NCBI GenBank assembly: GCA_013334745.1
Contig: JAAXWY010000003.1
Location: 19,492-83,491, forward strand
DNA length: 64,000 bases
Direction: 5' to 3'
Source: Coriobacteriia bacterium
GTDB lineage: Bacteria; Actinomycetota; Coriobacteriia; Anaerosomatales; JAAXUF01
A program made the translations under genes and the position numbers. The number at the start of each line of letters is the position of its first letter. The first letter of the stretch is position 1. The notes under the pieces are model-generated. The model was not told the DNA's origin. It saw only the letters and a program-made list of their open reading frames with translations, and did not search any database. This document shows positions 32,346 through 43,206 of this stretch, piece by piece.

Positions 32346-35300
32346 ATGAGATCCTCGCTTGGTTCTTGGGGTGCGCCCGATTTCGGCGTTGTGACTGAAC
32401 GCGAACGGCTGCTCCGTCTGCTCGAGAGTGCAGGGACTCGGCCAGTCGTACTTGCTGGAGCGTCTGGCTGCGGCAAGTCAACCGTTGCGTCTCAGTATTC
32501 GCGACGGTCTGGGCAAGAGGTGGTATGGCTAGACGCAGGCGGCGACTTTGTATCTGCGGCTCGTCTCGCAACACTTCTTGGTTCGATCACTCGCTCACAG
32601 GTGGCCGGTCAGGCATCTGACTCCGACTCCGATGGATCCCGCCTGGCGGACCTTACCGAAGCAGCTATTGAATCTGTTGAGGTCTACTCCGGGGGCAAAG
32701 GGCTTGTGGTTGTCTTGGATGACCTCGGTAGCCCCCACGGGCCAGTATCTGCGCAAGAACTCACGCGTCTCGCCAGGGCGCTGAGAAGGAGTTCGTCCCG
32801 ACTTGTTGTTACTACGCGAGCATTGAACGAGTGGCCACTTGAGACCCTGTATGAATGGGAGGTCATCGAACAGGCCGGACTCGCGGTCACCCTCAGTGAG
32901 GCCGAGCGGTACTTCGCCTATCTGGGCATCGAGGTGTCTCCTGCGGATGCCGATGCGATTCACGAGGCCAGCGGTGGTCACGCGGCCCTGCTTGCGATTC
33001 TTGCAACGCAGGTGGCCACCTACGGTGTCGGGCAGTTGGGCGTTCGGACCACGTCTCTAGAGGCCTGGCTAGAGCGGCACTTGGCGTCTTGCGAGCAGGA
33101 GGGTGACATCGCGGTCTTGGCGCTCGTTGCCCTTCTTGGCAAGGGGACGACTGCGGAAATCAAGGCGCTCGGTGAGACGGCCGCAGGTGCGGCTCTCGAC
33201 CGGTTAACTGCAGTCATGCCGCTTCTTTCAGTCTCAAGCAATGGTTTTGGTAGCACGACATTCAGAGTGCATGACCTTCTATCGAGTTTCGTGCTGGAGC
33301 GTTTCGGATTCGACCTGCCCTCGGGTTCACGTACAACCATGACAAGGGTCATTGACCATCTTTCGGCCCGGGGTGACGCCATTAGGGCCGCTGACCTGAT
33401 GGTCAGAGGAGGCAGGACTGATGGGCTGACAGCGTGGCTTGAAGAACATGGCTCCGCACTCCTGTCATCTGGTGCGTACGAGCAACTCAGAACCATGGTT
33501 GAGTTGGCGCCAGTACATGAACTGATGGCAAACCCGCGGGTCTTGCTCTTGTGGGCGGAGTTGTGTGCAGAGCTGGGCGAGTCAGATGAGTCGCTTGCCC
33601 GATGCAACGCCGTGCGATCACTCTCGGATCATGAGGGAGACGCAGTGACTTCTGCGAAGGCCGTTTCGCTGAGCCTGCAGTGCTATTGCAGGTTGCAGCG
33701 TTTCGAAGATGCGGAGCGGGTTGCGAACGAGGTTCTCTCTAGCAGATCCGCCGGCATTCCCGCGGAGCTTCGGGGCGAGGCGCTGATTGCGACGGCCCGC
33801 GCAAGACTCACGCGTGGTGGGACCCCAGAGGAGGTCCGGGCTGTGCTTGAGGAGGCGTGTGTGCTTACCGCGCAAGTGCCGGAGGGCGCTCACATCAGAT
33901 ACACAGCCGCAACGTTGCTTGCCCTGGTGCCGATACTCTCGGATGGTGACTGGATGGCAGGGACGCGTGTTCTGTCGCCACTAGTCGGCACACCACAGCA
34001 GCTCATCAGTTCACGAGTCATCGTGATGGGCAATTTGGGGCTCATGCTGCTGGAGGCGGGGAGACTCCACAGGTCCCTCTCCTTGCTGCGGGCGGCGCTG
34101 GACGAGGCTCGGCGATTTGGCCTGTATACGTATACGGGCGCGTACGCTCCTCCGCTCGGCTGCGCAGAGGTTGCCGCCGGTCACGTGGAGGAGGGAATCA
34201 GGCGCGTCTACGAGGGCATTGATACGGCGGAAGCGAACGGTGAATCCAATGACTCTGCCATCGACAGGGTCTACCTTGCAGTCATACTTCGCGCATCCGG
34301 GCAACTCGAAGAAGCGCTCGAGCAGGCCGAGGTCGCGTTCGAGCAACTCTCTGTCGCCGACAATCTCCTCTTTCGCCGACTCGCGGCCCTCGAAGTCGCC
34401 GCATCGTTACTGGCGCTCGGCGATGAGTCCGCAGCGAGGGCATGGACCGAGTCTGTGGCGGCCGAGGGCGCCAGGCCGAACAGCTACCATCGCCTGCGGT
34501 CCGACATGATCCTGGCCGAGGTGGACCGTCGCGAAGGGGACTTCGAGGGTGCCCTGGCTCGCCTACGCCGCAACGAGGAGTACATCCTGTCCGAGAATCC
34601 CAACTGGCAGGTCGCGATGTACTGCCGCGCGTTCCCCGAGCTGCTCGGACTGTTCACGGCTGCGCTCGGTCCCGATCGGCTGCCGGTACACATGCTGCGA
34701 ATGATCCTGCCCGAGCAGGCGGAGGTCATTCTCGGCAGAGTGAAGCCCCTGCTCGATACCCCGACGTGGCGAGCACTCGGCGCGCGGCTGCTCGGCGACG
34801 ATGAATTCGCGAAGTATCTCGAGCGTGGCGGGTTGCCGCTGTGCCACGTCCGGATGTTCGGCGGACTCGAGGTCAGTATCGGTGGGCGCTCGGTGCGTGA
34901 GCGCGACTGGCGCAAGCGCAAGGCCCGCGTGCTGTTCGCCATGCTCATGCTTCGGCGCGGCCAGGACGTTGCGCGGGAGCAGATATTCGAGCACCTGTGG
35001 CCCGAAATGGACGAGGAGCGCGCGAAGAGCAACCTCTACGTGGTGTGGAGCACGATGAAGTCAGTGCTCATGGGACCCGATGCCGAGAAGGGCGCGAAGT
35101 GCCCGTACGTCGAGAGCGTTGGGGGTGTCTGCCGGTCCATTCGTTCGACGGTTCGCACGGACGTCGACGCATTCGAGTCCGCCTGCGCAACTGCACATGC
35201 CGCCGAGGCGGACGGAGATCGCAAGACGGCACTGGCGTCGTATCGGCAGATCGCGGACCTGTATCGGGGCGACCTGCTGCCCGGAGACTGCTACGAGGAT

Positions 35301-35645
35301 TGGTTCGGCAATCTTAGGGATCACTATCGTCACGAGTTCATGGACGCGATGCTGCGTGCGACCGACATCCACCTCGAAGACGGCGACCCTCACACGGCCC
35401 TCATCTTCGCGCGTAAGGCGCTCCAGCATGATCAGTTCCGAGAGGATCTGTACCAGGCCGCAGTGCGGTGCCAGATTGCAGCCGGACAGCGGTCGTCGGC
35501 CATCGACACGTATCTGCTCTGCCGAGACCGACTGTGCGAGGAGCTCGGTTTGGATCCATCGCCCGAGATGCGCGCCCTCTACGACCAGATTCTGGCCATG
35601 GAGGACCGTCCGACCGGTGTGGACTTCGACCCCCTGGCGGACTGA
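32346..35645 (+). CDS. STAND/MalT-like P-loop NTPase with TPR-like middle region and C-terminal SARP module (OmpR-type winged helix plus BTAD)
   Basis: ATG at 32346 lies 5 nt after GGAGG. Walker A LAGASGCGKST and Walker B LVVVLDDLG. A long helical-repeat region follows. From about nt 34846 the sequence reads VRMFGGLEV...ARVLFAMLMLRRGQDVAREQIFEHLWP (winged helix), then YRGDLLPGDCYEDWF...CEELGLDPSPEMRALYDQIL (BTAD). Confidence 0.88.
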   Translation: MRSSLGSWGAPDFGVVTERERLLRLLESAGTRPVVLAGASGCGKSTVASQYSRRSGQEVVWLDAGGDFVSAARLATLLGSITRSQVAGQASDSDSDGSRLADLTEAAIESVEVYSGGKGLVVVLDDLGSPHGPVSAQELTRLARALRRSSSRLVVTTRALNEWPLETLYEWEVIEQAGLAVTLSEAERYFAYLGIEVSPADADAIHEASGGHAALLAILATQVATYGVGQLGVRTTSLEAWLERHLASCEQEGDIAVLALVALLGKGTTAEIKALGETAAGAALDRLTAVMPLLSVSSNGFGSTTFRVHDLLSSFVLERFGFDLPSGSRTTMTRVIDHLSARGDAIRAADLMVRGGRTDGLTAWLEEHGSALLSSGAYEQLRTMVELAPVHELMANPRVLLLWAELCAELGESDESLARCNAVRSLSDHEGDAVTSAKAVSLSLQCYCRLQRFEDAERVANEVLSSRSAGIPAELRGEALIATARARLTRGGTPEEVRAVLEEACVLTAQVPEGAHIRYTAATLLALVPILSDGDWMAGTRVLSPLVGTPQQLISSRVIVMGNLGLMLLEAGRLHRSLSLLRAALDEARRFGLYTYTGAYAPPLGCAEVAAGHVEEGIRRVYEGIDTAEANGESNDSAIDRVYLAVILRASGQLEEALEQAEVAFEQLSVADNLLFRRLAALEVAASLLALGDESAARAWTESVAAEGARPNSYHRLRSDMILAEVDRREGDFEGALARLRRNEEYILSENPNWQVAMYCRAFPELLGLFTAALGPDRLPVHMLRMILPEQAEVILGRVKPLLDTPTWRALGARLLGDDEFAKYLERGGLPLCHVRMFGGLEVSIGGRSVRERDWRKRKARVLFAMLMLRRGQDVAREQIFEHLWPEMDEERAKSNLYVVWSTMKSVLMGPDAEKGAKCPYVESVGGVCRSIRSTVRTDVDAFESACATAHAAEADGDRKTALASYRQIADLYRGDLLPGDCYEDWFGNLRDHYRHEFMDAMLRATDIHLEDGDPHTALIFARKALQHDQFREDLYQAAVRCQIAAGQRSSAIDTYLLCRDRLCEELGLDPSPEMRALYDQILAMEDRPTGVDFDPLAD

Positions 35646-35651
35646 CTCGCG

Positions 35652-35700
35652 GGACCTTACCGCGAAGTGGTAACTGACTGGTAAGGAATCGGTAAGGTCC
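35652..35700 (+). repeat. Three GGTAA(C/G) direct repeats at an 11-bp period plus one inverted copy (10-bp inverted repeat GGACCTTACC / GGTAAGGTCC)
   Basis: GGTAA starts at 35669, 35680 and 35691. CCTTACC is at 35655-35661. Nt 35652-35661 are perfectly complementary to 35691-35700. The element begins 7 nt after the regulator's stop codon. Confidence 0.8.
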
Positions 35701-35933
35701 GTCCGATACGCTCCTTCCCGTCGGCCCGCCGAAGTGGCCCGCCGACACGGACGAGGCTCGTCGGGCTCCCTGACAGACAGGGCGTTGCACGCGGCGGGGC
35801 AGGCTCACGACTGGTGAGGAGCGGGTCTCCTGAGGGGCATCGGAAACGAGCCGGTGCACCGTCGGCTGGGCCCGATGGGTTTCGTCCCAACGAGCGGAGC
35901 GAGCGCGCAGAGCAGCTCCCCATTGGAGGGCGC

Positions 35934-35961
35934 GGGCGGCCGGTCTGGTGGCTGGCCGCCC
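35934..35961 (+). other. Perfect 8-bp GC hairpin (GGGCGGCC-N12-GGCCGCCC) upstream of the secA promoter
   Basis: Nt 35934-35941 pair with 35954-35961. No U-tract follows. It could terminate a transcript coming from the upstream intergenic region. Confidence 0.3.
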
Positions 35962-35981
35962 GCAGCCCGACCGCACCCCTG

Positions 35982-35990
35982 TGATAGAAT
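35982..35990 (+). promoter_or_regulatory. Extended -10 promoter element TGATAGAAT for secA
   Basis: Matches TGnTAnAAT, 51 nt upstream of the secA ATG. It shares TAGAATCG with the element at 23049. Confidence 0.4.
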
Positions 35991-36040
35991 CGGGGCTGCT
36001 TTTCACCCACAAATCCCACCATTCGAAGGTGTCGTTACAC

Positions 36041-38815
<2,775 letters not shown>

Positions 38816-38822
38816 AGAGCAG

Positions 38823-39965
38823 ATGGTCGAGAACCGCATTCAGGAGATCACTGCGCTGCGCGAACGCGTGACGCAGATGTCGGAGTACCTGCACATCGAT
38901 TCGCGCAAAGCCGAACTCGCGAAACTCGAGGCCAAGGCCGCTGAGCCGGGCTTCTGGGACGACCAGTCAATCGCGCAGTCGGTCATGGCGCAGTCCTCCG
39001 GCATCCGTGAGGAGATCGGCGCGTATGACGACATCGTCTCGGCGCTCGACGACGCTGACGTGGCCAACGAATTCGCCGTCTCGGGCGACGACGAAGAGCT
39101 GGCGGTCGAAGTCGAGAACGCGCTGAAGCAGGCGAACTCGCTCATCAACGCGCTCGAGGTGAACTCGTGGTTCACTGGCGAGTTCGATCACGGCGACGCG
39201 ATCGTCACCATCACACCGGGTCAAGGCGGACTGGAGGCTCAGGACTGGGCTGACATGCTCCTCAAGATGCTCATGAAGTACTGCGAGTCCAAGAAGTGGA
39301 AGACCGACCTCAACGACTACACTCCTGGGGTCGAGATCGGCATTGACCGAGCGGTGTTCACCGTGCACGGTCGCAACGCCTACGGCATGCTCCAGTCCGA
39401 GATGGGCGTTCACCGATTGGTCCGTATAAGCCCCACCGACGAGAAGAAGCGCCGACAGACCACCTTCGCTGGCGTCGAGATACTCCCGTTGTTGCCCGAT
39501 GAGGTCGAGGTCGAGATCCGCGACGAGGATCTGCGCATCGACGTGTACCGATCAAGCGGGCCCGGTGGCCAGAGCGTCAACACGACCGACTCGGCGGTTC
39601 GGATCACGCACATGCCTTCGGGACTGGTGGTCACATGCCAGAACGAGAAGTCGCAGCACAAGAACAAGGATGCGGCGATGAAGATCCTTCGCGCGCGCCT
39701 CTACGAGATCGAGAAGGCGAAGCGAAACGCTGAGATCGACGAACTGCGCGGCCCCAAGCGAGAGATCACGTTCGGCAGCCAGATCCGCAGCTATGTCCTG
39801 TACCCGTATCAGATGGTCAAAGACCTGCGAAGCGGCGAGGAGACGGGCAACGTGAACGCGGTTCTCGGCGGCGAGATCGATCAGTTCGTGATCGGATTCC
39901 ACCGGTGGCGTGTGAAGGGCGAGGGCGCCGCGGTCGCCGCAGCGGCCCTCGAAGAAGAGGAGTAG
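38823..39965 (+). CDS. prfB: Peptide chain release factor 2, single uninterrupted frame
   Basis: ATG at 38823 gives MVENRIQEITALRERV.... RF2-type GVHRLVRISPTDEKKRRQTTF and GGQ loop SSGPGGQSVNTTDSAVRITH. There is no in-frame TGA or frameshift site near codon 25. The ORF-track start at 38592 overlaps secA. Confidence 0.93.
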   Translation: MVENRIQEITALRERVTQMSEYLHIDSRKAELAKLEAKAAEPGFWDDQSIAQSVMAQSSGIREEIGAYDDIVSALDDADVANEFAVSGDDEELAVEVENALKQANSLINALEVNSWFTGEFDHGDAIVTITPGQGGLEAQDWADMLLKMLMKYCESKKWKTDLNDYTPGVEIGIDRAVFTVHGRNAYGMLQSEMGVHRLVRISPTDEKKRRQTTFAGVEILPLLPDEVEVEIRDEDLRIDVYRSSGPGGQSVNTTDSAVRITHMPSGLVVTCQNEKSQHKNKDAAMKILRARLYEIEKAKRNAEIDELRGPKREITFGSQIRSYVLYPYQMVKDLRSGEETGNVNAVLGGEIDQFVIGFHRWRVKGEGAAVAAAALEEEE

Positions 39966-39968
39966 CCA

Positions 39969-40799
39969 ATGCGCCTACTCGCCGACCTCCACACCCATAC
40001 GGTCGCATCCGGTCACGCATTCTCGACACTCACCGAGAACGCTCAGGTCGCCCGTGCGCGCGGACTTGAGCTCATCGCCATCACGGACCACGCCCCGAGC
40101 GTCCCGCAAGGTGCGCACCCGTGGTACTTCTGGAACCTCAAGATCATTCCGAGCGTGCTCGACGGCGTTCGACTGCTCAAAGGCTGTGAGGCGAATCTCT
40201 CGCCTGACTCGGAGAACGGGCTCGACCTGCCCGACATGATTCTGGGATGGCTCGACTTCGTGGCGGTGGGGTTCCACCCGCACACGGGCTGGGACAAACC
40301 GGACCGCGTCCGAAATACCGAGGCCCTGCTGCGGGTCATGGAGCATCCGCTCGTCGACCAGATCACGCACCCTGGTAACGAAGAGGAGTTTCCTCTCGAT
40401 CTCGATGCGATCGTCGAAGCGGCCGTGCGTCACAGCGTCATCCTCGAGCTCAACGACCACAGCTTCGACCCCACCAGCTCGCGAGCCGGGTCGGGTGCAC
40501 GCGAGCGGCAGTTCGCGGAGGCCGCGCTCGCGGCGGGTGCGCCCGTATCGATCGGCTCGGACGCGCACTACGCGCTCTACGTTGGGCGCTTCGATTCAGC
40601 TCTCGCTATCGCCGAGGAGATCGGCCTGACCGAGGAGCGTATCGTGAACCGCAACGCCGAGTCGGTGCTCGCGCACCTGCTGGCTAAACGAGAGCGGCCT
40701 CGCCTCGATATCGGTGGCGAGTGGGAGTGGCCGACGGCACCACACGGCGCAGCGCCGCATGACCTGCGCGATGAAGCGGCGGGGGAGCGTCAGTGGTAG
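39969..40799 (+). CDS. PHP-domain metal-dependent phosphoesterase (YcdX-like)
   Basis: 276 aa. N-terminal DLHTHTVASGHA, then ITDHAP and later His/Asp motifs (HPGN, GSDAH) typical of PHP phosphatases. Confidence 0.85.
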   Translation: MRLLADLHTHTVASGHAFSTLTENAQVARARGLELIAITDHAPSVPQGAHPWYFWNLKIIPSVLDGVRLLKGCEANLSPDSENGLDLPDMILGWLDFVAVGFHPHTGWDKPDRVRNTEALLRVMEHPLVDQITHPGNEEEFPLDLDAIVEAAVRHSVILELNDHSFDPTSSRAGSGARERQFAEAALAAGAPVSIGSDAHYALYVGRFDSALAIAEEIGLTEERIVNRNAESVLAHLLAKRERPRLDIGGEWEWPTAPHGAAPHDLRDEAAGERQW

Positions 40800-41674
40800 T
40801 CGAGCGCGTCCTCAAGAGTCGTCGCGTGCGAGACTACGGCCTCATGACCCTCGGCATCGTGATGACCGCATGGGCCCTTGATGCGTTCCTCATCCCGAAT
40901 CAGATTGCTGCCGGCGGCGTATCGGGTCTGGCGACGGTCATCTACTACTGGGCGCAGGCCAACTTCGGGGTGGCCATTCCTGTCGGTATCCAGATGCTTG
41001 CGTTCAATGCGATTCTGCTCGTGATCGCTTGGCAAAGGCGGGGTCTCAGCTATCTGGCGAAGACCGTCTACGGAGCCGTTACGCTTTCCGTGCTCGTCGA
41101 CGTCATTGCCCCGTTCACGCCGCACCTCGCATCAGATGACCTCCTGCTTGCCGCCTTGTACGGTGGTGCCATTACCGGAATCGGGCTCGGCTTCGTGTTC
41201 AAGGCCGGCGGCAACACAGGCGGTACCGACATCGTCGCCCAGTTGCTTTCAAGACGATTCCCGTTCGGCGTCGGGCAGATCATGCTCGTGGTCGATGCCG
41301 CGGTCACGGTGCTCGCCGCCATACAGTTCGGGCCTCGGCTGGCCATGTATGGTGTCGTGGCGATATTCGTTGCGACGGCCGCCATCGACCTCGTGCTGGA
41401 GGGTGTGAGCGTCGAGAAGGCTGTGTGGATCATCAGTGACCACGCAGACCGTATCGGACAGGCGATCAATGTTGAGCTCGGTCGGGGCGCCACGCGCATC
41501 GAAGCGAGCGGGGTCTTCACGGGGGAGAAGCGCGGCACGCTTATGGTGGTGCTCTCCCGAAACGAACTCGACGAGCTCAAGGCCATCGTGGCTGCGATCG
41601 ACGAGCGAGCGCTCGTCATCATCAGCAACGTGCATGAGGCGATCGGCGAAGGCTTCAAGGAGATGGCTCCCTAG
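40793..41674 (+). CDS. YitT-family membrane protein with C-terminal DUF2179-like domain
   Basis: GTG lies 5 nt after GGGGGAG and overlaps the upstream stop. Motifs FLIPNQIAAGGVSGLA and GGNTGGTDIVA. Soluble C-terminal domain. Confidence 0.85.
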   Translation: MVVERVLKSRRVRDYGLMTLGIVMTAWALDAFLIPNQIAAGGVSGLATVIYYWAQANFGVAIPVGIQMLAFNAILLVIAWQRRGLSYLAKTVYGAVTLSVLVDVIAPFTPHLASDDLLLAALYGGAITGIGLGFVFKAGGNTGGTDIVAQLLSRRFPFGVGQIMLVVDAAVTVLAAIQFGPRLAMYGVVAIFVATAAIDLVLEGVSVEKAVWIISDHADRIGQAINVELGRGATRIEASGVFTGEKRGTLMVVLSRNELDELKAIVAAIDERALVIISNVHEAIGEGFKEMAP

Positions 41675-42201
41675 AAGGCGCGGCTGTCGTACGCCCAGTT
41701 CATGAGGGCTTGACGCTGCTTGCGCCTGCACGTGATGTCGCCCGGAGAGCAGTGCTTTCGCACTTGCGCGATGTGCCGCGTCATCGCGCGCCAACGGCGA
41801 ATCTGCCGCTCATCTTCGGCTGGGATTCGTCGTCCCATCCAATAGCGGCAGTACCACTGGAACCAGCCGCGCGGGTCATCGGGATGGATCCAGCCGCGTT
41901 CGCGCCACTCGTGGAGCGGCAGCGATGCGTTGACCTCGAAGAAGTTGAGATCGGGGTCGTGATGGCTCGGACACAAACGCGCGTTTGCGAACCACTCATC
42001 GGGGAACTCGTCGGCGCAATCGGTGAGGTACTTTCCGCCGAACACGCCTAGACTCAGCATCTGGGCAGGTGACAGCTGTGGCGCGAACTCCTCGGGGAAC
42101 TGCTCACCTGCCTGAGCGGTGAGCACATACCCGTAGTCGCGCTGCATGATATCGCGCACCTGAATCGGCTTGGGGCGCACACCATCGTCGTGCATAGGCA
42201 T
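41671..42201 (-). CDS. Conserved hypothetical cytoplasmic protein (Trp/Arg-rich WFQWYCRYWMGRR motif)
   Basis: ATG at 42201 lies 5 nt after GGAGAG on the minus strand; the ORF track extends to a TTG at 42225. 176 aa with normal codon bias. I cannot name the family with confidence. Confidence 0.7.
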   Translation of the reverse strand: MPMHDDGVRPKPIQVRDIMQRDYGYVLTAQAGEQFPEEFAPQLSPAQMLSLGVFGGKYLTDCADEFPDEWFANARLCPSHHDPDLNFFEVNASLPLHEWRERGWIHPDDPRGWFQWYCRYWMGRRIPAEDERQIRRWRAMTRHIAQVRKHCSPGDITCRRKQRQALMNWAYDSRAF

Positions 42202-42351
42202 AGCCACTCTCCGCAATCGCGACAACCCTTCGCGAGGGTTGTACCCATCATCGGGCTCCGCACGATTCCTGCTATTCTACGAGGGCTGTGCGCCGAGTGG
42301 GTCCGGCGTGCCGAATTCCGAACGAACTACTCGTCTGATTGGGGCACCGCC

Positions 42352-43206
42352 ATGTGGGACCGAGCGACTGTCGAGGCCAAGGCTTCGCGGATGAGAGGCG
42401 ACATCGTCGAGATGATCGGCGCTGCGGGGAGCGGGCACCCCGGCGGCTCACTCTCCGCTGCAGACATCGTGGCAACGCTCTATTTCGGAGGCGTTCTGCG
42501 CCACGATCCCACGCGACCCGAGTGGCCGGAGCGCGACCGCTTCATCCTCTCGAAAGGTCATGCCGGGCCGGTGCTGTACGCTGCGCTGGCAGAGGCCGGC
42601 TACTTCGGCCGAGATCACCTCAGCACGCTCCGCAAGCTCGGCTCGATGCTCCAGGGACACCCCGACTCGCGCAAGACGCCCGGCGTTGAAGTCTCTACCG
42701 GTTCGCTCGGCCAGGGGCTTTCGATCGCCTCCGGGCTCGCCGCAGGGCTTCGCGGGGGCGAGCATCCCCAGAATGTCACGGACGACAGAACCGTGTTTTG
42801 CCTGCTAGGGGACGGTGAGATTCAGGAAGGTCAGGTCTGGGAGGCTGCCATGTTCGCGGCCCACGAGCGGCTCGGCAACCTGGTCGCGATCATCGACCAC
42901 AACGGGCTTCAGATCGACGGTGCGTGCAGCGAGGTCATGTGCCTTGGAACGGTCGCGAACAAGTTCGCTGCATTCGACTGGGCCGTCACGGAAGTGGACG
43001 GGCACGATGTCGAGCAGCTTCACGCCGCGCTCGAGGCCGGGCGGGCGCACTCTGATGGGCCGTTCGCCATCATCGCGCATACCGTGAAGGGCAAGGGCGT
43101 CTCCTTCATGGAGGGTGATGCCGGCTGGCACGGCAAGGCGCCGTCCCCCGAGCAGGTCGCCGCCGCACTCGCTGAACTGGGCTTGTCCGAAGGGAGTGCA
43201 TCGTGA
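42352..43206 (+). CDS. Transketolase, N-terminal (TPP-binding) subunit
   Basis: ATG at 42352 gives MWDRATVEAKASRMRGDIVEMIGAAGSGHPGGSLS. Contains the GDGEIQEGQVWEA TPP motif. Split-gene form. Confidence 0.93.
   Translation: MWDRATVEAKASRMRGDIVEMIGAAGSGHPGGSLSAADIVATLYFGGVLRHDPTRPEWPERDRFILSKGHAGPVLYAALAEAGYFGRDHLSTLRKLGSMLQGHPDSRKTPGVEVSTGSLGQGLSIASGLAAGLRGGEHPQNVTDDRTVFCLLGDGEIQEGQVWEAAMFAAHERLGNLVAIIDHNGLQIDGACSEVMCLGTVANKFAAFDWAVTEVDGHDVEQLHAALEAGRAHSDGPFAIIAHTVKGKGVSFMEGDAGWHGKAPSPEQVAAALAELGLSEGSAS

Noticed and set aside
35669-35697. Possible CRISPR or mobile-element repeat
   Set aside because: The repeats are only 6-7 nt units with 4-5 nt spacers, far too short for CRISPR. No terminal inverted repeats enclose a transposase.
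38823-38960. Expected +1 programmed frameshift site in prfB
   Set aside because: The frame is continuous (…SEYLHIDSRKAEL…), with no in-frame TGA and no CTT TGA C motif. The gene is a non-frameshifting prfB.
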